DNA from: Eledone cirrhosa
Lineage: Eukaryota
Direction of reading: 5' to 3'
Length of the DNA: 64,000 bases
Assembly: GCA_964016885.1 (NCBI GenBank)
Contig: OZ024741.1
Span: forward strand, 9,238,001-9,302,000
Positions 25,901-37,630 of the stretch are shown in pieces. Both the position numbers and the translations under genes were made by a program. Each line of letters opens with the position of its first letter. Positions within the stretch are counted from its first letter, which is position 1. Below the pieces are notes generated by a model. That model saw only the letters and a program-made list of their open reading frames with translations, did not search any database and was not told the origin of the DNA.

Positions 25901-26745
25901 GGTGATAGTGATGGTGGTGATGGTGATGGTGATGGTGATGGTGATGGTGATGGTGGTGGTGATGGTGATGGTGATGGTGGTGGTGATGGTGATGGTGGTA
26001 GTGATGGTGATGGTGATGGTGATGGTGATGGTGGTAGTGATGATGATGGTGATGGTGATGGTGGTAGTGATGGTGATGGTGGTGGTGATGGTGGTGGTGA
26101 TGGTGATGTTGATGGTGATGGTGATGGTGGTAGTGATGGTGGTGGTGATGGTGATGGTGGTGGTGATGGTGATGGTGATGGTGATGGTGGTGGTGATGGT
26201 GATGGTGGTAGTGATGGTGGTGGTGTTGGTGGTGGTGATGGTGATGGTGATGGTGATGGTGGTGGTGATGGTGATGGTGGTAGTGATGGTGGTGGTGATG
26301 GTGATGGTGATGGTGGTAGTGATGGTGGTGATGGTGGTGGTGATGGTGATGGTGATGGTGGTGGTGATGGTGGTAGTGATGGTGATGGTGATGGTGGTAG
26401 TGATGGTGGTGGTGATGGTGATGGTGATGGTGGTAGTGATGGTGGTGATGGTGGTGGTGATGGTGGTAGTGATGGTGATGGTGATGGTGATGGTGGTGGT
26501 GATGGTGATGGTGGTAGTGATGGTGATGGTGATGGTGATGGTGATGGTGGTAGTGATGGTGGTGGTGATGGTGATGGTGATGGTGGTAGTGATGGTGGTG
26601 ATGGTGGTGGTGTTGGTGGTGGTGATGGTGATGGTGATGGTGATGGTGGTGGTGATGGTGATGGTGGTAGTGATGGTGATGGTGATGGTGATGGTGATGG
26701 TGGTAGTGATGGTGATGGTGGTGGTGATGGTGATGTTGATGGTGA
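22965..26745. repeat. Compound G-rich triplet arrays: (GGT)/TGT/AGATGT, (GGT/AGT), then (GATGGT)
   Basis: Three sub-blocks at ~22965-24150, ~24150-24575 and ~24672-26745. Confidence 0.95.
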
Positions 26746-26753
26746 AGGAAATA

Positions 26754-27270
26754 TTTCTTCTTCTTCTTCTTCTTCTTCTTCTTCAACTTCTTCTTTGCCC
26801 ACTCATTCCTTAGAGGGTCGTGGGGTCAGAGTCCTCAAACACTCCTTCCAGTGGGTCCTGTCACAAGTAACCATCTCCAACTGATCCGACCGGATCTCCA
26901 AGCATGACCAGCCAAGCTCATAGATGTTATCCAACCCTCTTGCTCACGGCCACCTCCACTGGGTTTCCTGCCGGCTGGTTTTTGCCCGTAAAATCTGTCC
27001 AGCAATTCTGTCCTGAGATATTCTAACCACACGGCCATAGTATCACAGCTGTGACCTCTCAATTTGGAGCAGTAGCAGCTCTACCTGGAGCAACTCTCAG
27101 ATCTCCGAGCTATACACTCTATCGAGTAACGTTACTCCAAAGACCCTTCAGAGGAACCCCATTTCGGCCGCTTGTATTCGTGATCGTATTCTTTCGGTCA
27201 TTACCCAAGATTCATGACCATAGGTAAGGGTTGGCGCGTAGACTGAATTGAAGATAGTGAGATTGGCTTT
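26754..27270 (-). mobile_element. RTE-clade LINE 3' fragment with (GAA)n tail
   Basis: Minus strand WVMTERIRSRIQAAEMGFL..VFGVTLLDRV; (TTC)n at 26754-26794; homologous to 46250-46670. Confidence 0.85.
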
Positions 27271-27390
27271 TACACCTACCTCCCTTCTGATTACTAATCA
27301 ACTAATTGCTGTTGATGATAATAATGGTGGTAATAATGAGGATTTTGATTCAGTTGATCATAGCTATAACTATGATGATGTAGGTGGTAA

Positions 27391-28170
27391 TAATTGTTTC
27401 TACTTTTGGCACAAAGCCAGCAATTACCCCAGTGAATTACTAATACTTTATTTTATCAACCCCGTAAGGATGAAAGGCAAAGTTAACCTCGGTGGGATTT
27501 GAATTCAGACCATATAGAGCATGGCGTCCGACCCTCTACCGATAGAGTTGATAATGCTACATTGTTATTATTAGAAGGTGAATTGGCAGTATCGATAGAG
27601 CGTCGGACACCATGCTTTGCAGCATAGAGTTACGGCCCTTTATGATCTGAGTTCAAATCCCGCCGTGGTTAACTTTGCCTTTCATCCTTACGGGGTCGAT
27701 AAAATAAAGTACCAGTAATACACTGCGTATTTGCTGGCTTTGTGCCAAAAGTAGAAACAATTATTAGAAAGGGTGGCAGGGTGGTAGGTTGTCAGAATCG
27801 GTAGCGCATCAGACAACATGCTTTGCAACATAGAGTTATATCCCTTTACGTTCTGAGTTGAAATCCCACCGAGATTAACTTTGCCTTTCATCGTTACGGG
27901 GTTGATAAAATAAAGTACCAGTAATACACTAGGTAATTGCTGGCCTTGTGCCTAAATCAGAAACATTATGAGAAAGGGCGGTAAATTGTTAAAATTTCCG
28001 AAGAAATCATTTGAGGTATTTTTCTGGTTCTTTAGTTTCTGAGTTCAAATCTCACCGACCTCAACTTTACCTTTCATACTTCCGGGGACAACAAAATATT
28101 AACTAAGCAGGATTTAATCGAGTTATCCCTTCCCTTAAATTGCAGGCCTTCAGCTTAAATTAGAAATTAT
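27391..28170. mobile_element. Cluster of four SINE copies (one minus, three plus)
   Basis: 27391-27545(-), 27575-27763(+), 27769-27969(+), 27973-28170(+), each with B-box and core. Confidence 0.85.
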
Positions 28171-28388
28171 TAGAAGGTGGTGTTATATGTGTCCCTATTG
28201 TAACGACAGGGTCTTCATCTCTGTAGTATTGGTGAAGAAATAACAATATTGATTATCGATTTCCGAATACATTTACGGTGCGAGTGATAAGGGAGTATAT
28301 GTAAATTATTGCCGAAAAAATACCACAAGGGATTTTCATTAAAATAACGTTTCTCGCAGATGTTTACGTCCTTCAGGTATATACAATG

Positions 28389-29501
28389 GCACACAAACAC
28401 ATACACAGACACACACACACAGACACACACACACACAGACACACACAGCCACACACACAGCCACAGAGCCACACACAGAGACATACAGTCACACACACAG
28501 CCACACAGCCACACACACAGCCACAGAGCCACACACACAGACATACACAGTCACACACACAGCCACACAGCCACACACACAGCCACAGAGCCACACACAC
28601 AGACATACACAGTCACACACACAGCCACACAGCCACACACACAGCCACACACACAGCCACACAGCCACACAGCCACACACAGAGACATACACAGCCACAC
28701 ACACAGCCACACAGCCACACACACAGCCACACAGCCACACAGACACACACAGAGACATACACAGCCACACACACAGCCACACAGCCACACACACAGCCAC
28801 ACACACGGCCACACACACAGACATACACAGTCACACACACAGCCACACAGCCACACACAGCCACACAGCCACACACAGCCACACACACGGCCACACACAC
28901 AGACATACACAGTCACACACAGCCACATACACAGCCACACACACAACCACACACAGCCACACAGCCACACACACAGCCACACACAGCCACACACACAGCC
29001 ACACACACAACCAAACAGCCACACACAGCCACACACATCCACACAGCCTCACAGCCACACACACAGCCACTCACACAGGCACACAGACACACACACAGCC
29101 ACACACATAGCCACACACACAGCCACACAGCCACACACACACATCCACACCCACAGCCACACCCACAGAGCCACACAGACACACACACAGCCACACAACC
29201 ACACACACAGCCACACAGACACACACGCAGACTCATACAGACACACACAGAGACATACACACACACACAGACATAAACAGACACACACACACACAGGCAT
29301 ACACACACACACACACACGCACACAGCCACACACACACACACACACACATACATATACACACACACAGACGCACACAGCCACACACACAGACATACATAC
29401 ACATACACACACACAGACACACACACACACATACATACAGACATACACACACACAGAGAAAAGTAATGAGTGAGCAAAAAGAAAACAAACTCGGAAAGCA
29501 G

Positions 29502-29533
<32 letters not shown>

Positions 29534-29602
29534 ACGACGACAACAACAACAACAACAACAACGACAACAATGACTACGACGACAACAGCTACAACAACAA
29601 CG

Positions 29603-29635
<33 letters not shown>

Positions 29636-29710
29636 GTAACAACAACAGCAACAACAACAACAACAGCAACAACAGCAACAACAACAACAACAACATCAGC
29701 AGCAGCAACA
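28389..29710. repeat. (CA)n-derived CAGCCACACA minisatellite followed by (CAA)n
   Basis: Directly visible. Confidence 0.95.
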
Positions 29711-29861
29711 AGATATTAGAACACACTAGAATGTTATGTCGGACATTTAAATTTTGTAAAAAAAGTCTTCATCTTTCTTTCTGTTACTCCATTTTGTAGT
29801 TTTTCTCATAAAAAAGTTCACTCCATATTGTGTGTGTGTAGATATATCTAAACACACACAC

Positions 29862-29954
<93 letters not shown>

Positions 29955-29955
<1 letters not shown>

Positions 29956-30377
29956 TGGTCCCTGGCAGCTTTCAGGTGTTCTCTGGCTGCACACACTTTT
30001 GGGTTTGCAGAGCTGACGTGCTTCCCTTTGTTCTTTTTCCTCGGCACCAGGGTTTCACTTGCTTTCGCCACTGCATTGGTGAAGTGCCCGTACCTCCTCG
30101 TCACACTCTCCTCAGTCCATCCAATCTCTCTCTCCTCTGACTCTCCACACAGGGCACTAAACCTGTTTCTCACTTCCACTGTGAACTTCTCCTGTAGCTT
30201 ATCATCTTCCTTGAAAGCTCCCCAGTCATAGATTGTTCTCCGGGGCTGAGCCTTGCTCTTTCTTAAGCTCACGCGCACCTCACTCATAACAAGCCGGTGG
30301 TCACTACCCAGTGTACTGAAATAGCTGTATGGTTCCGTGTTCAGAACACTATTCTGCCACTTTTTCCTCACCAGAAT
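29955..30377 (-). CDS. Inverted segment: end of APE endonuclease domain plus linker
   Basis: [11 protein letters not shown]...GSDHRLV (SDH motif), ending AARDQ. Confidence 0.88.
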
Positions 30378-32233
30378 TCTATGCTGATCCTACGGAGGAG
30401 AGGATGGAGACTGTGGAGGTGATGAGGGAAGAGCTCTGTACCGCTTACACTGAGGTCAGAGAGGAGGCACTGATAGAGAAGATCAGAAGTGTGGAGAGAG
30501 CGGTTGACAGATCTGGATGTAAGGAGAGCTGGATGATCATCAACGAGATCACAGGGAGGAAGAAAAGGTGTTCGAGTCAGATCCAGGGAACGGGGCCCGA
30601 GGATAGGAAGAGGAAATGGCTAGACCATTTTAGGACCCTACTAGGAGAGTCACCCTCCACAGCCCAGAGCACTGGGGAGATCAGGTGGCTGTTTGAGGAA
30701 CTGGATGTTGAGACAGAGCCCTTCACCAGAGAGGAGCTTCAGAGAGCCAAGAAGAAGATCAAGGAGGGCAAGGCTCATGGAGAAGATGGAGTGGCATCAG
30801 AGGTGATGAAGAGGTGTGATTTTGATGATATCATCCTGGGATTCTGTAACGGGGCACTGGAGAAAGGAGTTGCCCCGAATCAGTGGAGGATCAGTAACAT
30901 CGTCCCAGTGCCAAAGAAGGGAGATCTCTCTAACACTAACAACTACCGGGGGATCTCACTGACGTCACTTGTGGCAAAGACCGTCAACAGGATGATTCTT
31001 AACAGGATCCAGCCTGAGATGGAGAAGAAGCTCAGGGACAACCAGAACGGCTTCAGAGAGGGTAGATCAACCACCAGTCACATCCTGATGCTGAGGAGGA
31101 TATTAGAGGGAGCTAGAGCAAAGTGCCTTCCTGCGGTCATGGTTTTCATTGACTTTAGGAAGGCCTTTGATTCTGTGGACCGTTACTGCCTGATGAAGAT
31201 CTTACAGGCTTATGGAATCCCCAAGAGGATAGTGGACCTGATATCACTGCTCTACACCAACACCAAAGCCCAAGTCATTACACCTGATGGGATGACAGAG
31301 TTCTTTGAGATACTGGCTGGAGTGCTCCAGGGAGATACATTGGCTCCCTACCTTTTTATCATCGTAGTGGACTATTGTATGCGCCTTGCACTGGAGAAAC
31401 ACCAGGACTCTGGCTTTACTGTAGCACCGGCTCAGAGCAGGAGAGTTGGGGCGAAAAAGGTATCGGATGCTGAATTTGCCGACGACATAATTTTGGTGAC
31501 AAATACAGTGAAGGAGGCAGAGGATTTGATGCGGGAGGTTGAGACTGTGTCGATGAGTGTGGGGCTGAGAATGAATGAGACTAAAACAAAATATCTGGTA
31601 GAGAATGTTGAGAAGCCAGAGGGGATCACTAATGTAGGCGGGAAGCCGCTGGAATTGGTTGAGGACTTCCTGTATTTGGGAGCAAAGATTGGGAATACGG
31701 AAGATGATGTGGTTGAGAGGAAGAGCAAGGCCTGGGCGGCGTGTCACAGCTTGAGATCGGTGTGGAAGTCGGACCTTCGTAGAGACCTGAAAATCCGCCT
31801 CTTCATTGCTGTAGTGGAGTCTGTGCTGCTGTATGGGTCTGAGACTTGGACACTGACCAAGAGACTCACTCAGATGGTGGATGGGTGCTACACGAGAATG
31901 CTGAGGATGGCTCTGAACATTAATCAGTATACACTGAGGATGAAAAACTCAGAGCTGTATGGGAGCATCCCAAAAGTCAGCTCAAAAGTAACACAGAGGA
32001 GACTGAGGTTGGCTGGACATGCTCACCGACATCCAGAGTTGACATTGCACTCAGTGCTCCTTTGGGAGCCCCTACATGGACACACTAGAAGAGGAAGACC
32101 AAGGTTAACATATGTTGATGCCCTAAGGACAGACACTGGTCTGTTGGAGATGCAGGATATGGCAGCGATAATGAGGGACAGAGACCGCTGGAGAGAACTC
32201 GTCCATGGATCTCGGGAATTTTACCCGCCTTAG
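30377..32233 (+). CDS. RTE-clade reverse transcriptase, uninterrupted frame
   Basis: [67 protein letters not shown]. Confidence 0.95.
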   Translation, partial: FYADPTEERMETVEVMREELCTAYTEVREEALIEKIRSVERAVDRSGCKESWMIINEITGRKKRCSSQIQGTGPEDRKRKWLDHFRTLLGESPSTAQSTGEIRWLFEELDVETEPFTREELQRAKKKIKEGKAHGEDGVASEVMKRCDFDDIILGFCNGALEKGVAPNQWRISNIVPVPKKGDLSNTNNYRGISLTSLVAKTVNRMILNRIQPEMEKKLRDNQNGFREGRSTTSHILMLRRILEGARAKCLPAVMVFIDFRKAFDSVDRYCLMKILQAYGIPKRIVDLISLLYTNTKAQVITPDGMTEFFEILAGVLQGDTLAPYLFIIVVDYCMRLALEKHQDSGFTVAPAQSRRVGAKKVSDAEFADDIILVTNTVKEAEDLMREVETVSMSVGLRMNETKTKYLVENVEKPEGITNVGGKPLELVEDFLYLGAKIGNTEDDVVERKSKAWAACHSLRSVWKSDLRRDLKIRLFIAVVESVLLYGSETWTLTKRLTQMVDGCYTRMLRMALNINQYTLRMKNSELYGSIPKVSSKVTQRRLRLAGHAHRHPELTLHSVLLWEPLHGHTRRGRPRLTYVDALRTDTGLLEMQDMAAIMRDRDRWRELVHGSREFYPP

Positions 32234-32332
32234 ATAGATGTATATATATATAAGCGGAAAAAATGAAACGAAATTTCATGTCTCTTAGTGCGACTGTTAC
32301 TTAAATATAAGTATGTAATATACGTGTACATA

Positions 32333-32386
<54 letters not shown>

Positions 32387-32589
32387 TATATATATATGCA
32401 TATATGTATATATGTATATATATATACATATATATATGCATATATGTATATACACACAATTACACACAAAACGCCAACACCAACAGTTTTGCAAGAAATG
32501 TCAACATAAATGGACCTATTATTTTTATCTAAAGGCATTTTTTCCAATTCCAACCCACCCGTCCCCTTAATCTATTTTATTTCTCATTC

Positions 32590-32630
32590 TTTCTTCTGAT
32601 GAAGGACTAGCGTCCGAAACGTTAAAACCC
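32590..32630 (+). ncRNA. Minimal hammerhead motif (weak stem I)
   Basis: CTGATGA-A-GGAC-TAGC-GTCC-GAAA-CGTTA. Confidence 0.55.
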
Positions 32631-32708
32631 TCTTCCTGCTATATCAAGCGTTAACCTAATATCTCCCTTCCATATACTGTACCGATTGTGTTGTTATTTC
32701 TGTTTACC

Positions 32709-32830
<122 letters not shown>

Positions 32831-32834
32831 CTAT

Positions 32835-33509
32835 ATATAGTAATAATAATAAATTTGAAGACTAAAATCCAGAGAGGGCTCGATAAGGATAAATATATAT
32901 CAAATATATAAGAACCGTACAGCAGATATTTATTAAAATAACAGATTAAATTTAAGCAAAGAATTGCTGCTTTCACCCTTAACGGAATCTTCTGAAACTA
33001 ACAAAGTCAATCTGTGAACGCAGAAGTGAATATTTCAAAAAACGTTGCAACCGGAGGAAGGCAGGAAGACGATATTTTGGTTCGTGGAAACGTTCCCTGG
33101 CAAAGAACGGGAAAAAACGAATAATACTTCATTATTTGGAGCGGTGAAAAACAATTACACGCAAAGACAGAACCACGTTTATGGTATAAAAGAAGTCGTA
33201 GACTAATGTTCTCTTAGGTGGTTCATAGAGACGTTCTCTGGGATGAACGGAAAAAACGAAGAAAATACGTCATATGTGGAGCGTGGAGAACAATTGCACG
33301 CAAAGACAAAACCACGTAAATGGTATAGCAGAAGTCGTAGACTAAAATTCTAACTAGGAAACCGAATGATTCTCGGCTTCAGAGTTAAGAATAAATTAAA
33401 TAAAATACAGAGGTAATTGAAATTAAATAAATACATACACGCATCCATAAACGTACATACACAAGCATACGCGAAAACACTCGCCATAGGTATACAAATA
33501 CACGCACAC

Positions 33510-33544
<35 letters not shown>

Positions 33545-35786
33545 CGTGTATACAAATAATTAAATAAACGTATATAAATAAATAAATACGTATATAACAA
33601 GCGCACACTCATACCTACATGTAAATACACATATGTTCGGAGACGTACGTCAACCAAAACACGAAGTACACATATACACACACCCTACATACGTACGAAC
33701 CCGCATACTCACACAGACGCACAGACGCAAAACTCACGTATACACATAACCAAAAGCGTATGTACCAGAATATATAAAATATACGCCATAACATATACAA
33801 TCAAATATACGTACGAGAAAGTATACGTACCTTCACAAAACATACAGGTAATATATACTTACCTATACAAATAAGTAATGGTATAAACATAACATATACT
33901 TAGCTACCACATCAAGACGTAAAATATCCGCGTATAGATCGTACTATCCGTTAGGTGATTGATTGGTTCACCAGCATATGCAACAAGGAACATTGCCGTT
34001 TTATCCAATTCGACATCAACAATTACTACTACTCCATCACTTCACCACTTCTCCTTAAAGCTATCAATTTCGCTAAAACACTCACAGTGGTTAAGGATTT
34101 CGAAGTTGATGTCATCCTCAATGCCCGTAAGTCGGTGATTAATTTCGACGACTCTATTTGGATTAAAAAATCTAATAGTTCCCCATTCGACGTGAGTATG
34201 GGCGCCAGCGATTCTGTGTGGGTTACTGATCTTATCGGCCTTTTCCTTCTTTTCTCTATCAAGGACGAATTCCCCAACGTGAGCGGTGGTGTGTACCGTG
34301 ATGATGGTCTTTTGACCATGACTAAGTGCGGCCCACGTGCTTGCGACAGGTTCAGAAAAGAACTCACAGCCTTCTTTAAAGGCTTCCACCTCTCTATACA
34401 GGTTGAGGCCAACCTCTCAGTCGTTAATTACCTCGACGTTACCCTCAATTTATCGAATGGCTTGTATTACCCGTATAGAAAGACGAATGATACGCTTAAT
34501 TACATAAGTAAGCATTCTAACCATCCTGCCAGCATAACTAAGAACCTGGTAAGAAACGTTTCTTTGAGGCTTTCCCGTCTATTTACTAACGAGCATATTT
34601 TCAACGACCATTCCACATATTACAATGAAGCTCTTGCTCGGAGTGGATTTGTCGATAAGGTACCATATACAGAGTACGAGAATAGACCTAGAAGAAATAG
34701 ATCCCGACACATTATATGGTATAACCCACCATATAATATGGAGGTGGCCACACCATTAGCTAAGATCTTTCTCTCCCTTATTACGAAGCATTTTTCCCCC
34801 TACACATAAATATAGTAAACTTTTTAATAGAAATACTATTAAAATTTCTTACTCTACGACTCCTAACCTTGCACATAACATCACAGCTTCAAATTTAGCT
34901 AAACTACCTAGCCGTAGGAACACGCGCAACCCTGTAATTAGTACTAACTGTAATTGTAGGAATCGGGTTGACTGCCCCCTATCCGGGAAATGCCTTCTAG
35001 TAACATTGTCTACAAATGTAAGGTCGAAACACTCACGTCCCGTAGGGCCTACATAGGGTTAACCGCCAATAGATTCAAGCAGCGTCTTTACATGCATACC
35101 CATTCTTTTCCTTACCATTTAAGAAGGAATATGACGTCACTTTCAGCTTATATCTGGAGTCTAAAAGACAACCACACCCAATATAAGTTACACTGGGAGA
35201 TCCTAGCTAGGGCTAGATCGTATAACGGAAATAAAAGACCATGTGACCTCTGCGCCGCTGAGGCCCTGGAAGCACTCTACGCCAAAGACCACATCTTAAA
35301 CAAAAAATCTGAGGCAATTTCGGCTTGTAAACATAAATTGCACAAAACTTTCCTGTATTACAGCCCCAGATTATACCCTAACGGATAGTACGACCTATAC
35401 GCGGATATTTTACGTCTTGATGTGGTAGCTAAGTATATGTTATGTTTATACCATTACTTATTTGTATAGGTAAGTATATATTACCTGTATGTTTTGTGAA
35501 GTTACGTATACTTTCTCGTACGTATATTTGATTGTATATGTTATGGCGTATATTTTATATATTCTGGTACATACGCTTTTGGTTATGTGTATACGTGAGT
35601 TTTGCGTCTGTGCGTCTGTGTGAGTATGCGGGTTCGTACGTACGTAGGGTGTGTGTATATGTGTACTTCGTGTTTTGGTTGACGTAGTCTCCGAACATAT
35701 GTGTATTTACATGTAGGTATGAGTGTGCGCTTGTTATATACGTATTTATTTATTTATATACGTTTATTTAATTATTTGTATACACG

Positions 35787-35817
<31 letters not shown>

Positions 35818-36393
35818 GTGCGTGTATTTGTATACCTATGGCGAGTGTTTTCGCGTATGCTTGTGTATGTACGTTTATGGATACGTGTATGTATTTATTT
35901 AATTTCAATTACCTCTGTATTTTATTTACTTTATTCTTAACTCTGAAGCCGAGATTCATTCGGTTTCCTAGTTAGAATTTTAGTCTACGACTTCTGCTAT
36001 ACCATTTATGTGGTTTTGTCTTTGCGTGCAATTGTTCTCCACGTTCCACATATGACGTATTTTCTTCGTTTTTTTCGTTCATTGCCAGAGAACGTCTCTA
36101 TGAACCACCTAAGAGAACATTAGTCTACGACTTCTTTTATACCATAAACGTGGTTCTGTCTTTGCGCGTTATTGTTTTTCACCGCTCCTATTAATGACGT
36201 ATTATTCGTTTTTTCCCGTTCTTTGCCAGCGAACGTTTCCACAAACCAAAGTATCGTCTTCCTGTCTTCCTCCGGTTGCAACGTTTTTTGAAATATCCAG
36301 TTCTGCGTTTACAGATTGACTTTGTTAGTTTCAGAAGATCCCGTTAAGGGTCAAAGCAGCGATTCTTTGCTTAAACTTTAATCTGTTATTTTA

Positions 36394-36401
<8 letters not shown>
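32835..36401 (+). mobile_element. 5'-truncated Penelope-like element flanked by ~1-kb inverted pseudo-LTRs
   Basis: Arms 32926-33955 and 35377-36401 are reverse complements; flanked by (CA)n and (TA)n. Confidence 0.92.
33955..35388 (+). pseudogene. Penelope-like RT + GIY-YIG endonuclease with two frameshifts (Nematis-like by motif, tentative)
   Basis: QFDINNYY, FDVSMG, YRDDGL, YLDVTL, WYNPPY; linker CNCR-CPL-GKC; IVYKC..YIGLT..FKQR..H, CDLC; frameshifts at ~34800 and ~34995. Confidence 0.9.
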
Positions 36402-36432
<31 letters not shown>

Positions 36433-36596
36433 GATATGTTAATATATATGTAAATATATATATATATATATATATGTAAATATATATATATATATATATA
36501 TGTAAATATATATATATATATATATGTAGATATGTATATATATGTAGATATGTTAATATAAGGAACTGTTTCATTGTTTTATTCATTATTTTTTTA

Positions 36597-36643
<47 letters not shown>

Positions 36644-36651
<8 letters not shown>

Positions 36652-36911
36652 AGATCAAAAGATGGTTAAAGGAGTTCAATATATTTTATTATGCGCATTT
36701 CAAAAACAAACATCATCAAACAATAATATTTGTGTTTTCATCAAATATTATTGTTTGATGATGTTTGTTTTTGAAATGCGCATAATAAAATATATTGAAC
36801 TCCTTTAACCATCTTTTGATCTTATATTATGCATACTCCAGTCCCACAAACTGTAGAGTGCTTCTTATCCGATATCTGCATTGCTTTATTGTACTACAAT
36901 AAAACTCACCT

Positions 36912-36912
<1 letters not shown>
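36644..36912 (+). mobile_element. Fold-back module: 89-bp perfect inverted arms plus 3' extension
   Basis: Arms 36644-36732 / 36742-36830 with a 9-nt loop; TTGATGA..GAAATGCGCATA degenerate hammerhead; (TA)n on both sides. Confidence 0.75.
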
Positions 36913-36985
<73 letters not shown>

Positions 36986-37079
36986 TATATATGCATATAT
37001 ATATACACACAAATACATACATACATATATATATATAAACAGACAAACATACACACACACACACACACACACATGCACA

Positions 37080-37177
<98 letters not shown>

Positions 37178-37630
37178 CAATACTTATGAATAAATATATG
37201 TGTGTAGACATATGAATATTGGCCCTGTTAATATTTTTGTATATATTGAAATGTTTTCAATGAAGTCTTACATATGTAATACGTGTAAAATATATAGAAA
37301 TATATGTAAAAGCCATGTAAATAGGTCTGGAAGTATTTACATACATGTCATAGAGATGTTATTGAAAAGCTACTAAATCTAGCTTGTCTTCGTTTCTTTG
37401 AAATATCTCCCGGTCTGATAACAGTTGGTCAGTAGGTGTTTGTTTATCAAGTGAGTTTAGATATGTATATAATAAGTAGAGTGACAGTAGAAGGGAGATG
37501 AAGGGGTTTAGATATGTATATAATAGGTAGAGTGACAGTTCACGGGAGAGAAAGGAGAGGCTATCATGATGGAGCTTCCAATGAAAGGTATTTCATCTAA
37601 AATAGTCACCATTGGTAAAAAAGAATCTCC

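Larger units (their letters stand above)
29955..32238 (+). mobile_element. 5'-truncated, 5'-inverted RTE LINE with TSD
   Basis: Inverted piece 29955-30377; sense piece 30375-32238 ending TAGATAGA; ATGTATATATAT duplicated at 29944-29955 and 32238-32249. Confidence 0.9.

Noticed and set aside
22863-26813. Poly-His, Ser-Pro extensin-like and Gly/Cys-rich ORFs
   Set aside because: Alternative readings of triplet microsatellites; composition switches frame arbitrarily
33955-35388. Naiad-type or selenoprotein Penelope element
   Set aside because: The GIY-YIG is C-terminal and the breaks are frameshifts, not in-frame TGA
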